The translations under genes and the position numbers were made by a program. 64,000 nt of DNA from the human T2T-CHM13v2.0 reference genome, Homo sapiens: assembly GCF_009914755.1 (NCBI RefSeq), contig NC_060939.1. One strand, given 5' to 3'. Of this stretch, positions 32,994 to 51,039 are shown one piece after another. Position 1 is the first letter of the stretch, and every line of letters starts with the position of its first letter. Under the pieces are notes generated by a model. The model was not told where the DNA came from, ran no database searches, and worked only from the letters and a program-made list of their open reading frames with translations.

Positions 32994-33275
32994 TGACAAA
33001 GACCCCTCCTTAGAAACTTTAGTTGGGCTCCTCTGAGCCATCTTCTCAGCTAGGCCTTGACCTTGGACTGCTGAGCCCAGCGTTAGCAACAATCCTAAGT
33101 CAGTTAATAAGAATCCCCCTGCCCCTGATATCTAATCAAGTTCCTCTTAGTAATTCTCCACCCACTGATCCCCTCACTCTGCTCCTCTGCTGTAAATCCC
33201 CAATTGTCTTCACTGTATTCAGAGTTGAGTTCAACTTCTTCCCTTATTCCAATAGGAGCAATAAAGTCTTAAAAC
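32994..33275 (+). mobile_element. MER31B/MER67-like ERV1 LTR
   Basis: Starts TGACAAAGA; ttcctcttagtaattctcca; ctgtattcagagttgag; AATAAAGTC. Confidence 0.7.
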
Positions 33276-33276
33276 A

Positions 33277-33655
<379 letters not shown>

Positions 33656-34384
33656 TCAACGTTATTGATAATTGTGGATAACTAAAAAAACTCAAATATA
33701 GAAAAAAATAGAGAGCACAGATACAGGCCCGGTGCTGGGGACTTTACACATGTGCTTCGTCTCACTCCCTCACATAGATGGATAAGTAGAGATCAGGAAA
33801 AGTTAGAGAGGATCAGACCTGCAGAAACCTCTTCAAAGTAGCCCTAGGGAAAAGTTTCTCATAGGAATACAGAGCTCTCAGAATTCAAGGAAAACTTGAA
33901 TATCAAAACTCAGGAGGTCGAACACTTAGGGCAAGTGTAGAAACTTAACTAACACACACATTCTTGCAATTCACTGTGGCTGCTGCACTATTAATGCCTC
34001 AGCTATCAAATCATCCAGTCTCTGGCTGAGAGAGGATCTGATTTGTCAACCTGGTTGATGGTGACCTGGGTCAGATGCCCACCTCTGGTCCAAAAGACCA
34101 TGACCATCCAGGGAGGGTGGGAGAGCAGGGCAGGGCTGTGCATGTAAACACAGCAGCCAGAGCTGTGGGTAGAAGTACATGCTCCTAGAAAGGGACATGG
34201 ATCGTGAGGCAGAGATTGGACTCAGGCACGTGTAAGTAACAAAACCATGCCTGGTCCAGCCCTACTGTCTTCACTACATGAATCTGTTAAGTAGAATTAT
34301 GGCACAGCAAGAGGACGGGAATATTACACAGCCACTAAAACGCTGAACGCAGAGACCAGGCAGCAATATAAAAACTTCATTACA

Positions 34385-34700
<316 letters not shown>

Positions 34701-34899
34701 TTACTATATAACGCTGAGTGGAAAAATTGTAAACCAAATTCTGTTTCTGCTATGATGACAAATATGTGAATATAACGCTCAGATGTAATGGACTCAAAGG
34801 GATCTTGGCCAAATGAAAACAGCTTGGATAGCTGGGACGGTGTGATGGTAAATGAATTTCTTCCTTTTATAGAGAACTTTTAACATTGCTGTGCTATTA

Positions 34900-35205
<306 letters not shown>

Positions 35206-35308
35206 TTACTATGAACACAAACCCTGGGATTCAGGGAATATGAACTTCTAAGCACAAGGACATAAATACCAACCACAGACTGCAGGAGAAGGTGGTGAAT
35301 CTGCCCCT

Positions 35309-35530
35309 GGCCCTGCCAGCCCCGCCTCACTGCCTCACCCTATTCACCCCCTCGACAGATCCTGTCTTTATTTAGAATGCTCATCTTTTATTCATCATGG
35401 TTTTTGTTTTTTTTTTAAAGAAAACATTTTTTGGTTTTTAAAAATATTGCATTAAAATACTATTTAATTACCGAGTTTTGTGCTGCCCTTCAAATTGTGT
35501 GCCTGGGGCAAGTGCCTCCTGCCTTTGCCC
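35309..35530 (-). mobile_element. MER96B-like hAT element
   Basis: gatcctgtctttatttag; tattgcattaaaata; gcccttcaaattgtgtgcctggggcaag. Confidence 0.6.
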
Positions 35531-36745
35531 AAAGCCACATATTGCATGACCTTTCTTCTCCGGAGATCGGAAGAGAAAGGGTTACTACAGAGTGAAGCAA
35601 AGAACATCCCAGCCTTTCCCTTCCTGAGGAAGGGACTCTCTGCTATCACGGGGGAACTCTCTGAAGTCTTGGCAATCATTTTTCCTTGTAATAGCAATTA
35701 TGGTTCCCCCCCCCACTGGGGAGAAGAACCCTAGTCTAGGACACTCAGGAAAGCCACAGGAGAGCAGAGGCTACCTGTCAAGCAGAGCCACACACAGCCT
35801 TGTCTGAGCCCCTCTCCTTTCCGGTTCAGCTATAGGAAAGCTGAGAGAAGGCAGTACTCCGCCCTGGAACTGCAGCTCCTGGCGAAGCAGACAACGCTCA
35901 GATACGGAGGGAAAAGAGCCAGCGAGAATTCACCTGTGACACTTGTACAGGCTGAGGTCTAGGAAAAGCTGTGTCTGCCTAATAAGCATGAATAAGAGAG
36001 GGAAAAAACAAAGATGTGGCATCTACCCAAACATTTTGGAATTAGAAAACAGCAGCAATAAAAGAATGTAGCACACAAATACAGATAAATATTCAATCCT
36101 GGGGGAAAATATAACCCAAGGTGAAGATTCTCCATTTGGATTTTTTGAGTAATAGAAGTTAATAAAAACTTGAATTTTAATAAAAACAGCTCAAACATGA
36201 GATAAAAACGGAATATTTAAAAATATAAAATGTGTATCAGAGCTAAAAAAAAAAAAGAAACCCAAGATACCAATACAAAACTAAAGTTAACAGAAGATAA
36301 ATTTTTCCAAAATAATGGGGGAGGGGGGAGCTGAATCTGCAATCAATTAGAAATTACACAGCATGCTCTAGAAGGATTAAGAAAAAAGATTCAGAAAAAA
36401 AAAAAACAACACTAAGACTTTTCCTAGAAAAATTACTAAATGTTAAGTATGAGTTGCATAAGTAAAAAGGAGCTGAATGCTATTTATTAATTTTAAAAAA
36501 TTATTTAAAATTTTTAAAATTTTTCAATTAAAAAAAGAATGAAGAATCCCTAAGGAGTCTAAGAAAAAGCAGTCATAAAGGAAAAAAATTTTTAAATCAG
36601 TTACAAAATCCCCCAAAACAAACAAAGAAACATAAAATCAAATTTAAAAAAAGAAAAAGAGAAAAAGCAGTCACTTCTAGGGGAAAGACAGGGGTGGCCT
36701 CACACCTCTCCAGTGGAGCCATGTGTAAGAAGAGCTGAAAGGTAG

Positions 36746-37057
36746 AGCTGGGCGTGGTGACTCACAACTTAATACCAGTGAATCGGAGGCCGAGGCAGGA
36801 GGATTGCTTGAGGACCAGCCCAGGCAACATGGTGAGACACCTCCATTTCTCCAAAAAAAAAAAACAAAAAAAAAAAAACCTAGCCAGGCATAGTGGTGCA
36901 TGCTTGTAGTCCTAGCTACTCGGGAGGCTGAGGCAAGAGGATGGCTTGAACTCAGGAGTTTGAGGCTGCAGTGAGCTATGAACACACCACTGCACTCTAG
37001 CCTGAGTGAGACAGCAAGAGACCCTGTCTCTTAAAAAACAAACAAACAAACAAAAAA
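36746..37057 (+). mobile_element. AluJ
   Basis: Alu dimer. Confidence 0.9.
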
Positions 37058-37421
37058 CTTCCAGGGAAAAAAGCAAGGCTCAGAAATGTCCTACCCTGCA
37101 TGCTCTTGTCCAAGCATAAAGGCGGACACTGTGGGTGCAGAAGGTGGATATTATGTATCTTGTCAGTATACAAACACTATTAAACAATAATCAGGGACAC
37201 AGGAAAAAGTTTGTGAGTTCCTTTCCCTTGTTCAGTGGTTAATGCATACTAAGTTGGTTTAATTTAAAAAAAAAAAAGAGGTTTAACAGTATAAGGGAAA
37301 CCACCAGAAGTACAAAAGCCACAGTATCACCATCAAAACCAGAAAGCCTGAGGATGAAGAAGGAAAGATGTGTATATCTGATACAGGTTTCATAATTGAT
37401 AGTCAAAAGATATCATCCAAA

Positions 37422-37427
37422 TTTATT
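37422..37427 (-). terminator. MESD: Candidate distal MESD polyA signal AATAAA
   Basis: Minus-strand AATAAA about 3.4 kb after the stop, preceded by U-rich sequence. Confidence 0.6.
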
Positions 37428-37494
37428 AGATCACTAGATATTAAAACAAACAAGACAAAAAGGAAGACAAATTCATTAAAAACAGGACATTTCT

Positions 37495-38016
<522 letters not shown>

Positions 38017-39860
38017 TAGGATTGCTTGAAGGCTGGGGCTGGAAATGTTTAAATCTTATCCACATGTCTGTGCCTGGGCTGGGAAGACTCATGCAGCTGG
38101 GGTTGGAGCAGGTGGGCCTCCTGGGTATCCCTCTCTCTACGTGAAACACTGTACACAGCCTCTCCAGTATGGTGGCTTCAGGGTAGCCAATTAAGATATG
38201 GTTTTACAATCTATTAAACTGGTAAATGTGATGCCCAAGGCTGGCAAGGATAGATCTATTGTTGGCAAGGGTAAGCTGACTAAACCACTTGGGAGGGCAA
38301 TTTGGCAATACACACCAAAATGTTAAATTCCGTTTGCTCTAATAATTCTACTGCTAGGAATTTACCTTTCAGATATAAACAAAAGTGTACCGAAATATTT
38401 TGTATGAAAATGTCCACTGCAGCACTGAATATACCAGCAAAAAATCTGAACACTCAAGTGTCCATCAGCAGGGACTATGCAGTGAAACAGTGGTTCAAAC
38501 CTCACCATCACCCTGCTGATGTAGGACACCTTCAGCTATGGCCTGCACTACTGAAGCACCTCCCAGCTCACGGCTCACACCTGCTGGGGTCCTCTTCTGA
38601 TCACTTCTCCTGTGCAACCAGTGCAACCTGGACTGCCTTTCACACCCACCCCATCACAATTAAGATCCACCAGGGCGTCCCAAACTCCTACCAAACTCCA
38701 TGTGCTACGCTCCTCCAACCTGGGCCTGCACTGGGCCCCAGCCTCCCCGCTGGCCTTCCTGCTGCCTCTCCCTCTGCCACTTCTAGCCACAGGGTCTTAG
38801 CTCAGACTGTTTCCTCTGCCTGCCTTACTCTATTTCTCCTCTCCTCCTCTTGCCCTCAGAGAAGGCCTCTGGTTTTCTTAACCTGGTCAGGGAAGATTCT
38901 ACCTCCCCCTACCCTGCCCCTTTCATACTTCTAACAGCTGCCATTTTACTTTGTACATTACTGACATTTGTCTTCCCCCACCGAATCATTGAGTTTTACG
39001 ATAGCAGAGGCTGTATCTACACCGTCCTGGCACCTTGTAGTACCTAGTACATAACAGACACACAGAAACTACTGGGTGAAGTGGGGGCACACTGCACAGG
39101 AAACAATGAGACAGATCTGCACATTCTGACATGGGAAGGCTCCTAAGTGGAAACAGAAGGTACAGGGCGGAGTGAAAGCTTTGCTACCTTTTGCTTAATT
39201 AAAGCAATTATCTCATCAAAACAGCTGCTTTATACTGGGCCATTATGGCTATGCAGGACAGTAACCCCATCAAACTGCCCTGAGTACAACAGAAAAAGCC
39301 CACAGACAGGGCTTGGTTCAGCCACGGCATGATTCAGGGACTCGTTTATGCCACCAGGGTGTGGCGCTCTCTCCCCACTGTCAGACAGTTCTCTTCTCCA
39401 AGGGCGGGGCCTACAACAGCTCCCGCTCCAGGTTCAAGATGCAGGAGGAACAAGAAAAGCCTCTTTCAGGGCCTAGTACCCTAGTACGGTAGATCACACA
39501 GGCCTCACCCTGGAGAGGGCATGGCCTGGAGGGTGGGGGGACTGCAGGGCAAATGTCCCATCCAAAGCAGAGAACTGAGAATGCAGAGGGTGTGGTTCTT
39601 TCGAGGGAAATGTGAGCAGCTACCAAATTAAGGGGAAACAGATGCTGTGAGGCCAAAACAAACATACATCACCATAAGTACATTTACATAAGTAAATGTA
39701 CTTTTTTTTGGTGGATGGGCAGTGAGGGGGATGTGGGGGCACAAATTGTTAACAGCAGCTTCCACTGGGACAAGCTACCACCGGCGGCAAGAGAGGGATA
39801 CACTTTTCACTTTGTACCATTCTTTAACACTGACATTTTCTAACCATGTAATGTGCTACT

Positions 39861-39871
39861 TTTAATTTATT
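39861..39871 (-). terminator. MESD: Candidate proximal MESD polyA signal (overlapping AATAAA/ATTAAA)
   Basis: Minus strand reads AATAAATTAAA about 1 kb after the stop. Confidence 0.5.
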
Positions 39872-40862
39872 AAAATCACAATTGAGGGTTTTTCCCAAAG
39901 AATTTTAGTTCTTAGAAATGACATCTGTATATAAATGTTCTAACTCTTATTCACAGTAGGCTCTAACATGAACGGCAAAATCAGACATCAACAGTAGCAC
40001 ATCATGTTACTCTATACGAAAGCACAGATTTAGGCACTTTATCAAAGAAAAATGTTTAGAAACAAATGAGGTTATTGAGTCGTCTGTCACACTCTGCAAA
40101 GGACTCTGATTCCCTACTTAAATCCTTTAAAACTGTCACATTAAATGGAACATATAACCCCTCGACACCAGCAGTACTCTTTCCTAAATAAGGAAACAAA
40201 ACAGAACCCCTAACTTTACAGACCACATAAAACCTGACAGACACCAAGAGTTCTCTTACTGATGAGTAAGATTCAAGTCAAAGAAATTCAAAACTACTTA
40301 GGATTTCAAGTGACATATTTTCTATTCTCCGCATTTCCTGCATAGATTTTGGATTTACACACCCTGGCTTCCTGGCTACAGACATCTGAGTTCACAAAGC
40401 ATATTTTACCTTTAACATAATGAAAATGATGTATATGGCATGAAGAGTTTACTCAATTAAGTCAAGAGTTTTAAAGTCTTCTCTGATCAGAATTTGCTAT
40501 CTGATCAGAGCAGGCCACCCAATCACAGCAGGTGCTTGGAGGGGAGTGGAATCTCAGTAGAGTTGATGACTCACCAAGTGTAAATGGGAAAAAGCAACAC
40601 AGTCACATTTCCATGTAAGGAGATTTTATAGTAAACATGAATTTGTCAGTGTCCAGTATTAATTAGAAAACATCTGTCTTCTTACTTGAAGCCTATTAAG
40701 CAGTAATTCTTTGACCACAAACTGGTCATGTGGCAGACCCTTTCTAGAAGACACTAGAATGTCATCCGGTGTGCAGTTGCCTGAGACCACTCCCACCCCA
40801 GGAGCTGGGCAAAGAGCTCTCCACGTCCACCTGTCCCCCCACAGCGCGTCACTGCTGCCCCA

Positions 40863-41121
40863 TCACAGGTCTTCTCTTTTATTCCCAGCTCGATTTTCTT
40901 CCTTGGAAGACCGAGATTTCAGATCTCCTTCCTTCTTTTTTTTGCCCTTGTCTTGCTTTGTTTTATTTTTCTCTTTGCTTCCTCCTCCTTTGCCGGGGTA
41001 CACCTGGCCCTCCAGAGTTACATCAGCACACCTGTCTTGACCGACCAAAAAGTCCTTGATCTCCCAGGCGTAGCTCCCATCGCGAAGCATGAAGATAGCA
41101 CGGTCTGATCCCACAATGAAC
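40863..41121 (-). CDS. MESD: MESD exon 3 CDS (FIVGSDRAIFMLRDG...NKREDL*)
   Basis: Acceptor ctgcccaAG at 41123-41122; TGA at 40865-40863; the three exons sum to 705 nt = 234 aa; ends in the KDEL-like ER retention tetrapeptide REDL. Confidence 0.97.
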
Positions 41122-42299
41122 CTTGGGCAGAGAGATGCAATCAGTCAGCCAGCACGTACTAGTAAGGTGCTAAGGGGTCAGAGCAATTCTCTGGCACTTA
41201 TCAGTTTATTTCAAATTCTACATGAATATGGAATGAAAAATTGGATTTTCCAAAGCCTAGCAGCTACTGATATCTCATGTATTAAAATACTAGCTTGCTG
41301 AACTATTAAACATCCAGCTCAGATCAAAATAGAAACAGACACTGGATGTTCCTTTGTTGTATAAATGGATGCCCGTGTTAAAAGTGAACATTTGGAAAAC
41401 CTCCCTAGGACACTGCAGAGGTGGCTCAGGGGCTGCTGCTGGGGAGGTAAAGAGGCAGCTTCGATCTGATCTGTATCTGTTTTATATTCTAGAGTGTCCA
41501 GTTACACTTTTATGGGACAAAAGACTTCTGCTGATAAAGGTGGAAAACCAATGGCTTAGAGTGGGTCATGATAAGAGGCTATGAAGGACTCAAGAGGACA
41601 CTTGGTTGTTGGACAAAAATCCTAGCCCTTGAGCTTAGCAGCAAGCTGCCCAGCTCGTCCACACTCGAAAGGTCCCAAGGAACAAAGCGGAAAGAATGAG
41701 GCCTGGGTGGAGCCCTAGTGTGGCCAGCGGGCAAGATTCTTCTGTTCCTTAGGGACTACACCACGCGTTCCCCCTTCAGTTTCTAATGCTCCCACCACTC
41801 CACAGAGACCAGTGGGCCTTCTGGAGCAGACATCACCAAGACATTTATTTGTTCTGTCTAGGTGTCTATTTAAGCTAATTGAAAATATTTTGCTGGCCGG
41901 ACACTCTCTAAGTACTCCTCCCATTTCTTGTCATTGCTTTTATATTTCCTAAACCAGAATATTTGCAGACCCCAAATTTCAGAACTGTTTTTGAGGAAAA
42001 AGAAGCAGATTTCTTAAAATTGTACCTCAGGACCATACTCAAGTGTGAAAACTGAGCCTCTTCATACTAAATTAGTTATCGGTTAACAGCATGGTCCAAG
42101 CTCTATGTGTGAACATAGCTACACACAAAGCACTTTCCACTGAGCAGAAACTTCTAGCTGAAGCTGTCAAACTATTAACTTTGTCCCTCAAAGAGTCTAA
42201 ACTAAGCTATACACCCTTCTGTTCAGATGAAATAAAAGCTAAAGATCCAAAGATAAATAAAACTTTAGGATCAACTGAGATATTAAAAAAAAACACACA

Positions 42300-43545
<1,246 letters not shown>

Positions 43546-43593
43546 AGACCGAGCACAGCCTATGAGTCTCTCAGCTGGTTGTTGCTGCTTTAC

Positions 43594-43826
43594 CTCTGGA
43601 CGTCATAGTTGGCATTGAAAAGGCTGCCCTGCCAGAGGCTCGTAATTTCCTCTGTCTCCTTCTCAGTAGGGCTTCCTGATACAGTGACAAACATCATGAG
43701 AGTCTTCCCTTTTTTCGTCATTTTCAATATGCTTTCAGGCTTGCTTGGGTCTATCTTTGAGAAGTCGACAGGTGCTGAAGGTCTCTTGTGCTCTGGAAGA
43801 TCTCCTTCTTCAATGTCATCATCTTT
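43594..43826 (-). CDS. MESD: MESD exon 2 (KDDDIEEGDLPEHKRP...NANYDVQR)
   Basis: Minus-strand acceptor ...ctgatAG at 43828-43827 and donor GTAAAG at 43593; 233 nt; open and in phase. Confidence 0.97.
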
Positions 43827-44443
43827 CTATCAGATTAGGGGAAAAGCATCAAACCTATCATCAGAATCTTGCTTTTCAACTGGCACAGGCAAAAACTTCT
43901 GCATGATGTCAGGTGCATGTATATGACTTAAATTACAACATAAAAAGGAAAACCAGGGGTTTTCTTCCTCTTCTTAACTTTCAAGATAGTCTAAGTTTCA
44001 GGCAGCACATACTACCCACACCCAGGTTACCAATCACAGAGCGCCCCCATGTGATGGGTTTCTAGAGCTTTTAAACTCTCATACAATCTACCCAACATGG
44101 TAGGCTGTAAAAATGGCCACATTCTGGTATGGTCACACAATGAAATACTTCACAGCAACAGAGAACAAATACTGATACATCTAACAAATCCCAAAAATGT
44201 TAAGTGACAGAAGCCAGATACAAAATAAGATTTACTATGCAATTCCGTTTATTTAAAATTCAAGAATGAGCAAAACTAATCTAGGGTAACAGAAATTAGA
44301 ACAGTGTTGCCTGTAGAAGGGGGGACAAGGGAGGATTAACTGAGAATGGACACAAGAGAACTTTTCTGGGGTGATGAAAATGTTCTACATTTTGACAGGG
44401 GTGTAGATTACACAGATATATCCATTTATCAAAATTTATTGCA

Positions 44444-44912
44444 GGCCAGGCACTGTGGCTTACCTTGTAATCCCAGCACTTTGGGAGGCTGAGGTAAAAC
44501 GATCACTTGAGGCCAGGAGTTCGACATCAGCCTAGGCAACACAGTAAGACTGTCTCTAAAAAAAAATTTAAAAGTAGCCAGGTATGGCAATGCACACCTG
44601 TAGTCCCAGCTACAGTGAGGCACACCTGTAGTCCCAGCTACTCAGTAGGCTGAGGTGGGAGAATTGCTTGAGCCCAGGAATTTGAGATCAGCCTGGGCAA
44701 CATAGTGAGATCCCATCTCTTAAAAAAAATTTAAAAATTAGTCAGGTGTGGCGGCAGGTGCCTGTAGTCCTAGCTACTCAGGAGGCTGAGACACGAGGAT
44801 CACTTGAGCCCAGGAGATCAGGGCTGCAGTAAGCTATAATTATGCCACTGCATTCCAGCCTGGGAGACAGAACGAGACCCTGTCTTAAAAGAAAAAAAAA
44901 AAAAGAAAAGAA
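44444..44912 (+). mobile_element. Trimeric AluJ inside an old L1M fragment
   Basis: Left arm, hybrid arm and right arm; internal 22-bp duplication. Confidence 0.8.
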
Positions 44913-45527
44913 ATACTCCCTCTTTGCACTGTATACTTAAAATCTGCACTCCATGTATACCCATTTCACTTAATAGGCATTGTACAAAAATATTCAATTC
45001 CAGTTAGCAGGTTTGTTTTCTGTAGTGGTATGGGCTAGCAATTCTGAGACTATCTTATGTGACCTCTAGGATTGAGAAAAGGAGTAAACATATTGAGGGT
45101 AATGAGAGCCAGGTTCTTAACTTCTGGGAAGTAAGTTACAAACATGAAAGGGGGAAGAATGAGCCCTGTGGTATTAGGCTGGAATTGAAGGTATCAGGAG
45201 AAACTCATGGTTTTTCATAGATTAACAGATGAGTAAACAGATTAATGGATAAAAATATTTAAAAGAGCGTGGGTTCCTTGGAGAACAGGCTTATAGCAAG
45301 AGAGACAGAAGATGAGCCTAGAATAATCCCGCATCACAAAGTAGTAAAGTGCTCAAAGAATCGTGAACATGTCAAAATGCCATGGAAGCCAACTTGAAGC
45401 AGCTCTCATGGGCCAAAGTTGAAATAATCTCAACATCAAAATAAATAATAGTATGACTTACAACCCCTCAAACAAAATGAGATGTTGAACCCATAATGAT
45501 CAAAACAAATGAATAAATTACTAATAG

Positions 45528-46420
<893 letters not shown>

Positions 46421-47263
46421 ACAAAAAACAAAAAAAAGCCCCTAAGTCACTCTTACTGAACAATATCTGAAGGGCCAAGGCTTAAGATACCATTAATAAT
46501 GTACTATATTAAAAATAATTTTAGTAAAAAGTAAAAACGAAAGAATTCTACGCAGTGCTTGAAGGTGATCCATACCGACGTCAGACCTGGAATCTGGTTT
46601 CAGTTTTGCATAACTAGCTGTGTGACCCTGCCTAAGAATCCTTACGCCTCGAGGCCTGTTTCCTCATTTACAAAATGAAAAGCAGAACGAAGTGATCTCC
46701 AAGGCCCCAGTAACATGACCACACATAACACACTAACCTTCTTTTCCACTCTGCCACCCTCTCAACTGACATGTTTCTTCCTCACTTTGCTTTCAAAGAG
46801 CCACTGATGGTGACTTGCAGACAGGAGCATGGGCTGTGCTGTCAGACGGATGCGCTCCATCACTATGTGGCCTTGGGCAAGTTACTTAGCCCATCTGAAA
46901 ATAACTTTCCTTACCTATAATGGAAAGCTGAGGGTAATAACAGCTTCTCCCTCCTAAGGTTTGTTTGGGGATGTAATGACTTAAAGGCAAGCAGAACTCA
47001 GTACTGTATCTGTTGGCTATGACACTGCTGACTCTTTAGGCCTCTGTGATCTGGCCTCCAACCACAATCACTGCATGGAAATTATACTCTCAAGTCACAA
47101 AGGACCTCCTAGTTGCCAAATTCACAAGTTGTTTCTGTCTTTATCTTAATTCTCCATAACATCGGTTATAGTCTCTTTAAAACACTTCAAGACTTCCAGT
47201 TGGTTCAATACCCTAGAATATTTGTATTTTTCAGATTGATTTCACTAATAATCATGAAATTAA

Positions 47264-47598
<335 letters not shown>

Positions 47599-47767
47599 CA
47601 GCACTTCTTTGTTAATGCAAATATAATTAAATAGTCGTAAGTCTAGTGCATATAATACAGGTAAAAATTGTTTCAAGAGACTTAAAAAAAAAAGCAGCTT
47701 TAATTTCCATTGTATATGTGTGTGTGTGTTTCAGTTACAGAAAAGAAAATTGCAAAATAGTACCCTA

Positions 47768-48205
47768 ATGAGCCTGGAGGACATTATGTTAAGTGCAATA
47801 AGCCAGACACAGAAAGACAAATACCGCGCATTCTCCTTCGTATGCGGACCTAAAATAGTTGTGTTCACATAAGTGGAGATTAGAATTGTGGTTACTAGAG
47901 GCTGGGAAGTGGAGGGGAGATAGGGAGAGAGGATGGTGAATGGATACAAAATTACATTAGATAGGAAGAATAAATTCTAGTGCTCTATAGCATTGTAGGA
48001 TGACTATAGTTAACAATAATTTATTGCATATTTTCAAACAGCTAGGAGAGAATTTTAAATGTTCCCAACACAAAGAAATGATTAATGTTTAGGAGACAGA
48101 TATGCTAATTACCCTGAATTGACCATTACATTTTATACATGTGTAGAAATACAACTCTGTACCCCATAAATATGTATAATTATTATATGTTAAAATTGAA
48201 GTGTA
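47768..48205 (+). mobile_element. L1MA 3' end with a 14-bp TSD
   Basis: L1MA 3' UTR motifs; AAAATAGTACCCTA at 47754-47767 and 48206-48219. Confidence 0.85.
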
Positions 48206-49108
48206 AAAATAGTACCCTAGATGTACATAATTATCCAGTTCTACCCTTAGTCTGGGTAACCTAACCTGTTATGATCAGTGTGTTTATGCTGAAAACAATC
48301 CAGTCTTTACCCTGAGGCAGAGCGGGGGGCCAGGGACAAGTCAGGCAGTCCCCTGACTCCAGTCCTAGCCCTGCCTCCAGGCCAGTCTTGCATTTTCAAC
48401 TGGCTTTAGAGCTCCTTCATTACTGTTTGTCTAAGTCAGTAGCTACAAAGCTGAGCTCCCCTTTCTGCAAATCCTCTTCTTCCTCCCATGGTTCTTGATA
48501 TTAATAATAAGTGACATCTACTAAGTAGCTACTAAGTCCCAGGCACTCTACATATATTATCTCCAACCTTCAGAACAATCCTACCCGGTTCCATTTAATA
48601 TACAAGGAAGATGATGTTCAGAGAGGATAAATGATTTACTTAATTTACTCACATGCTAGAAGTGCAAACCACATTTCTGGCTCCAAATCCCTCCAACTGC
48701 CTCTTCCCATTATACCTGGCTATCATAATGTAAAATGTAATAACCACCTTTGGTTTTTCTACACCAATTGGGACTCAGAATTAGTTGTAACACAATGGAA
48801 GGAATTCTCACCTCTCCACACCTCTGAGGCACAGCCTCTCACTGAAGCACTGTTTCTCACACTGCTGGGGAAGGAGTGAGGGTATGGATTTAGAGATGGT
48901 CACAAGAGGAGAAGAACTGCTTCCTACAAAAAAAGCACCCACAGAGATGGATACGCTCTCCCACATAAAAAACACTGCTACTGGGGAAGAGTCCTCATGT
49001 CTGTAGAGCGTCTACAAACATTAACTCATTTAATCCGCATGGCACCCTGCAAAGTAGGGCGTTATCTGGCTTTACAGATACGTAAAACTAGGATGAAGTA
49101 GCTAGTGA

Positions 49109-49625
<517 letters not shown>

Positions 49626-51039
49626 AATCAACCATCAAGTCCTGTTAAAAGTATAAAAATCTCACATTTCTCCCTTCTACTCTGCTCCTGCAGTTTCTAG
49701 CTTAATCCACGTCTTCCTCACTATCCTTCATTTGCACTTCTGTCACCAACATGTGTGGCAGTACAGGTAAAACAGTTCAAAGAACTGGCTCTAAAAGTCG
49801 CGAAAGAATTTGAAACTCAGCTAGCTTGCTGTGCGATGTGGAGCAAGTTATTTAACCTCTTTGTGTCTCAATGTCATCATCTAGAAAATAGGGATAAGTA
49901 CCTCCCTCATGGATGGGGTAAAAGGATTAAATGAGATAATGTGTTTTTCTTGGCCTTCAAAGTCTCTCCCCACTCATCCATCCTGTTATCTACTGTTCCC
50001 AGTGCAATCTTTGTTCATCTCTTCAGCACCCTCTTCGTCTAGCTCAGGGTCTGAGTAGGTCAAGGGGAGGATTTCTCATGAGGTGATGTTCTCACTCTGG
50101 CAGATCAAAAGGCTTTATTTGCTGGAGTCCAAAAAGAGACAAGGAGATTGCAAGGGAGACGGTGAATGGGGACGTTCTCTCTACACTCAAATCTATCCCA
50201 ATCTTTCCATCAGCTGTTGATGACCACATGAAAACACAAGCCTGCATTCTTCTAGTCAGATGCATCAGGTGGTATTTTAAACTCTTGTCTGAAAGTCTTT
50301 CCCTTCTCCCGTAACACACACAGAGATAATCACAAAATAACAAAACATCAGTGTTGGAAGGAATCTTAGGACCCATCCTAACCTCCTCATGTTGCAGATA
50401 AAGAAACCGAGGCCTAGAAACTAGACATAACCTGCCCAAGGTTCCACAGCTATGCAAGTCAACCAGGACGATACAATCACCTTAGGAAGGGGAAAAGGCA
50501 GCAATGTGGTTTTGGCCAGTAATCTTTACCTTAAAGCGTATTACACACTCCCTGTAACTGCACACTCCGGTGCGTCCAAGTGACAAACCAGAAAACTTAC
50601 TCTCCTTTGAACAAAAAGCGTGAGTTTCACGATACAGAGCCATTAGCCATTGATACTTCTCCCCTCAGTAAAATAAATCCACCCACAAAAAGCACAAAAT
50701 TCCCAGCAGGGACATATACCAAAATAGGAAGTCTAAAATTATACTGATTTAGAAGACAGCTGAGATAACCATTAAGGAAGACCATCTTCACTGCAACCCA
50801 CTCTCCCACCCACTCACCGCAAAACAGAAGGAAATGCTCTTTAGTAGATTGGGAAAGGTCACTCTCCCTGTTTGCAGGGCTCACTGACCACAAGAATCAA
50901 CGCAAAGACAACCAGGGCACTGAAGGGTGAAGGGAGAGCAAAGCTGAACAGTGAGGGGCAGATCCGTGATTGAAGTGGTTTGAGAAATGGCAGGAGGAAC
51001 AGGGCACTGGAATGACAGAGGGCTGGAGCGAGGGTCAGC

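Noticed and set aside
36481-36530. AT-rich quasi-palindrome
   Set aside because: Low complexity within an A-rich, probably old L1-derived tract
38302-38934. 210-aa plus-strand ORF antisense to the MESD 3' UTR
   Set aside because: Non-ATG start, spans decayed L1M/L2 fragments, no homology recognised
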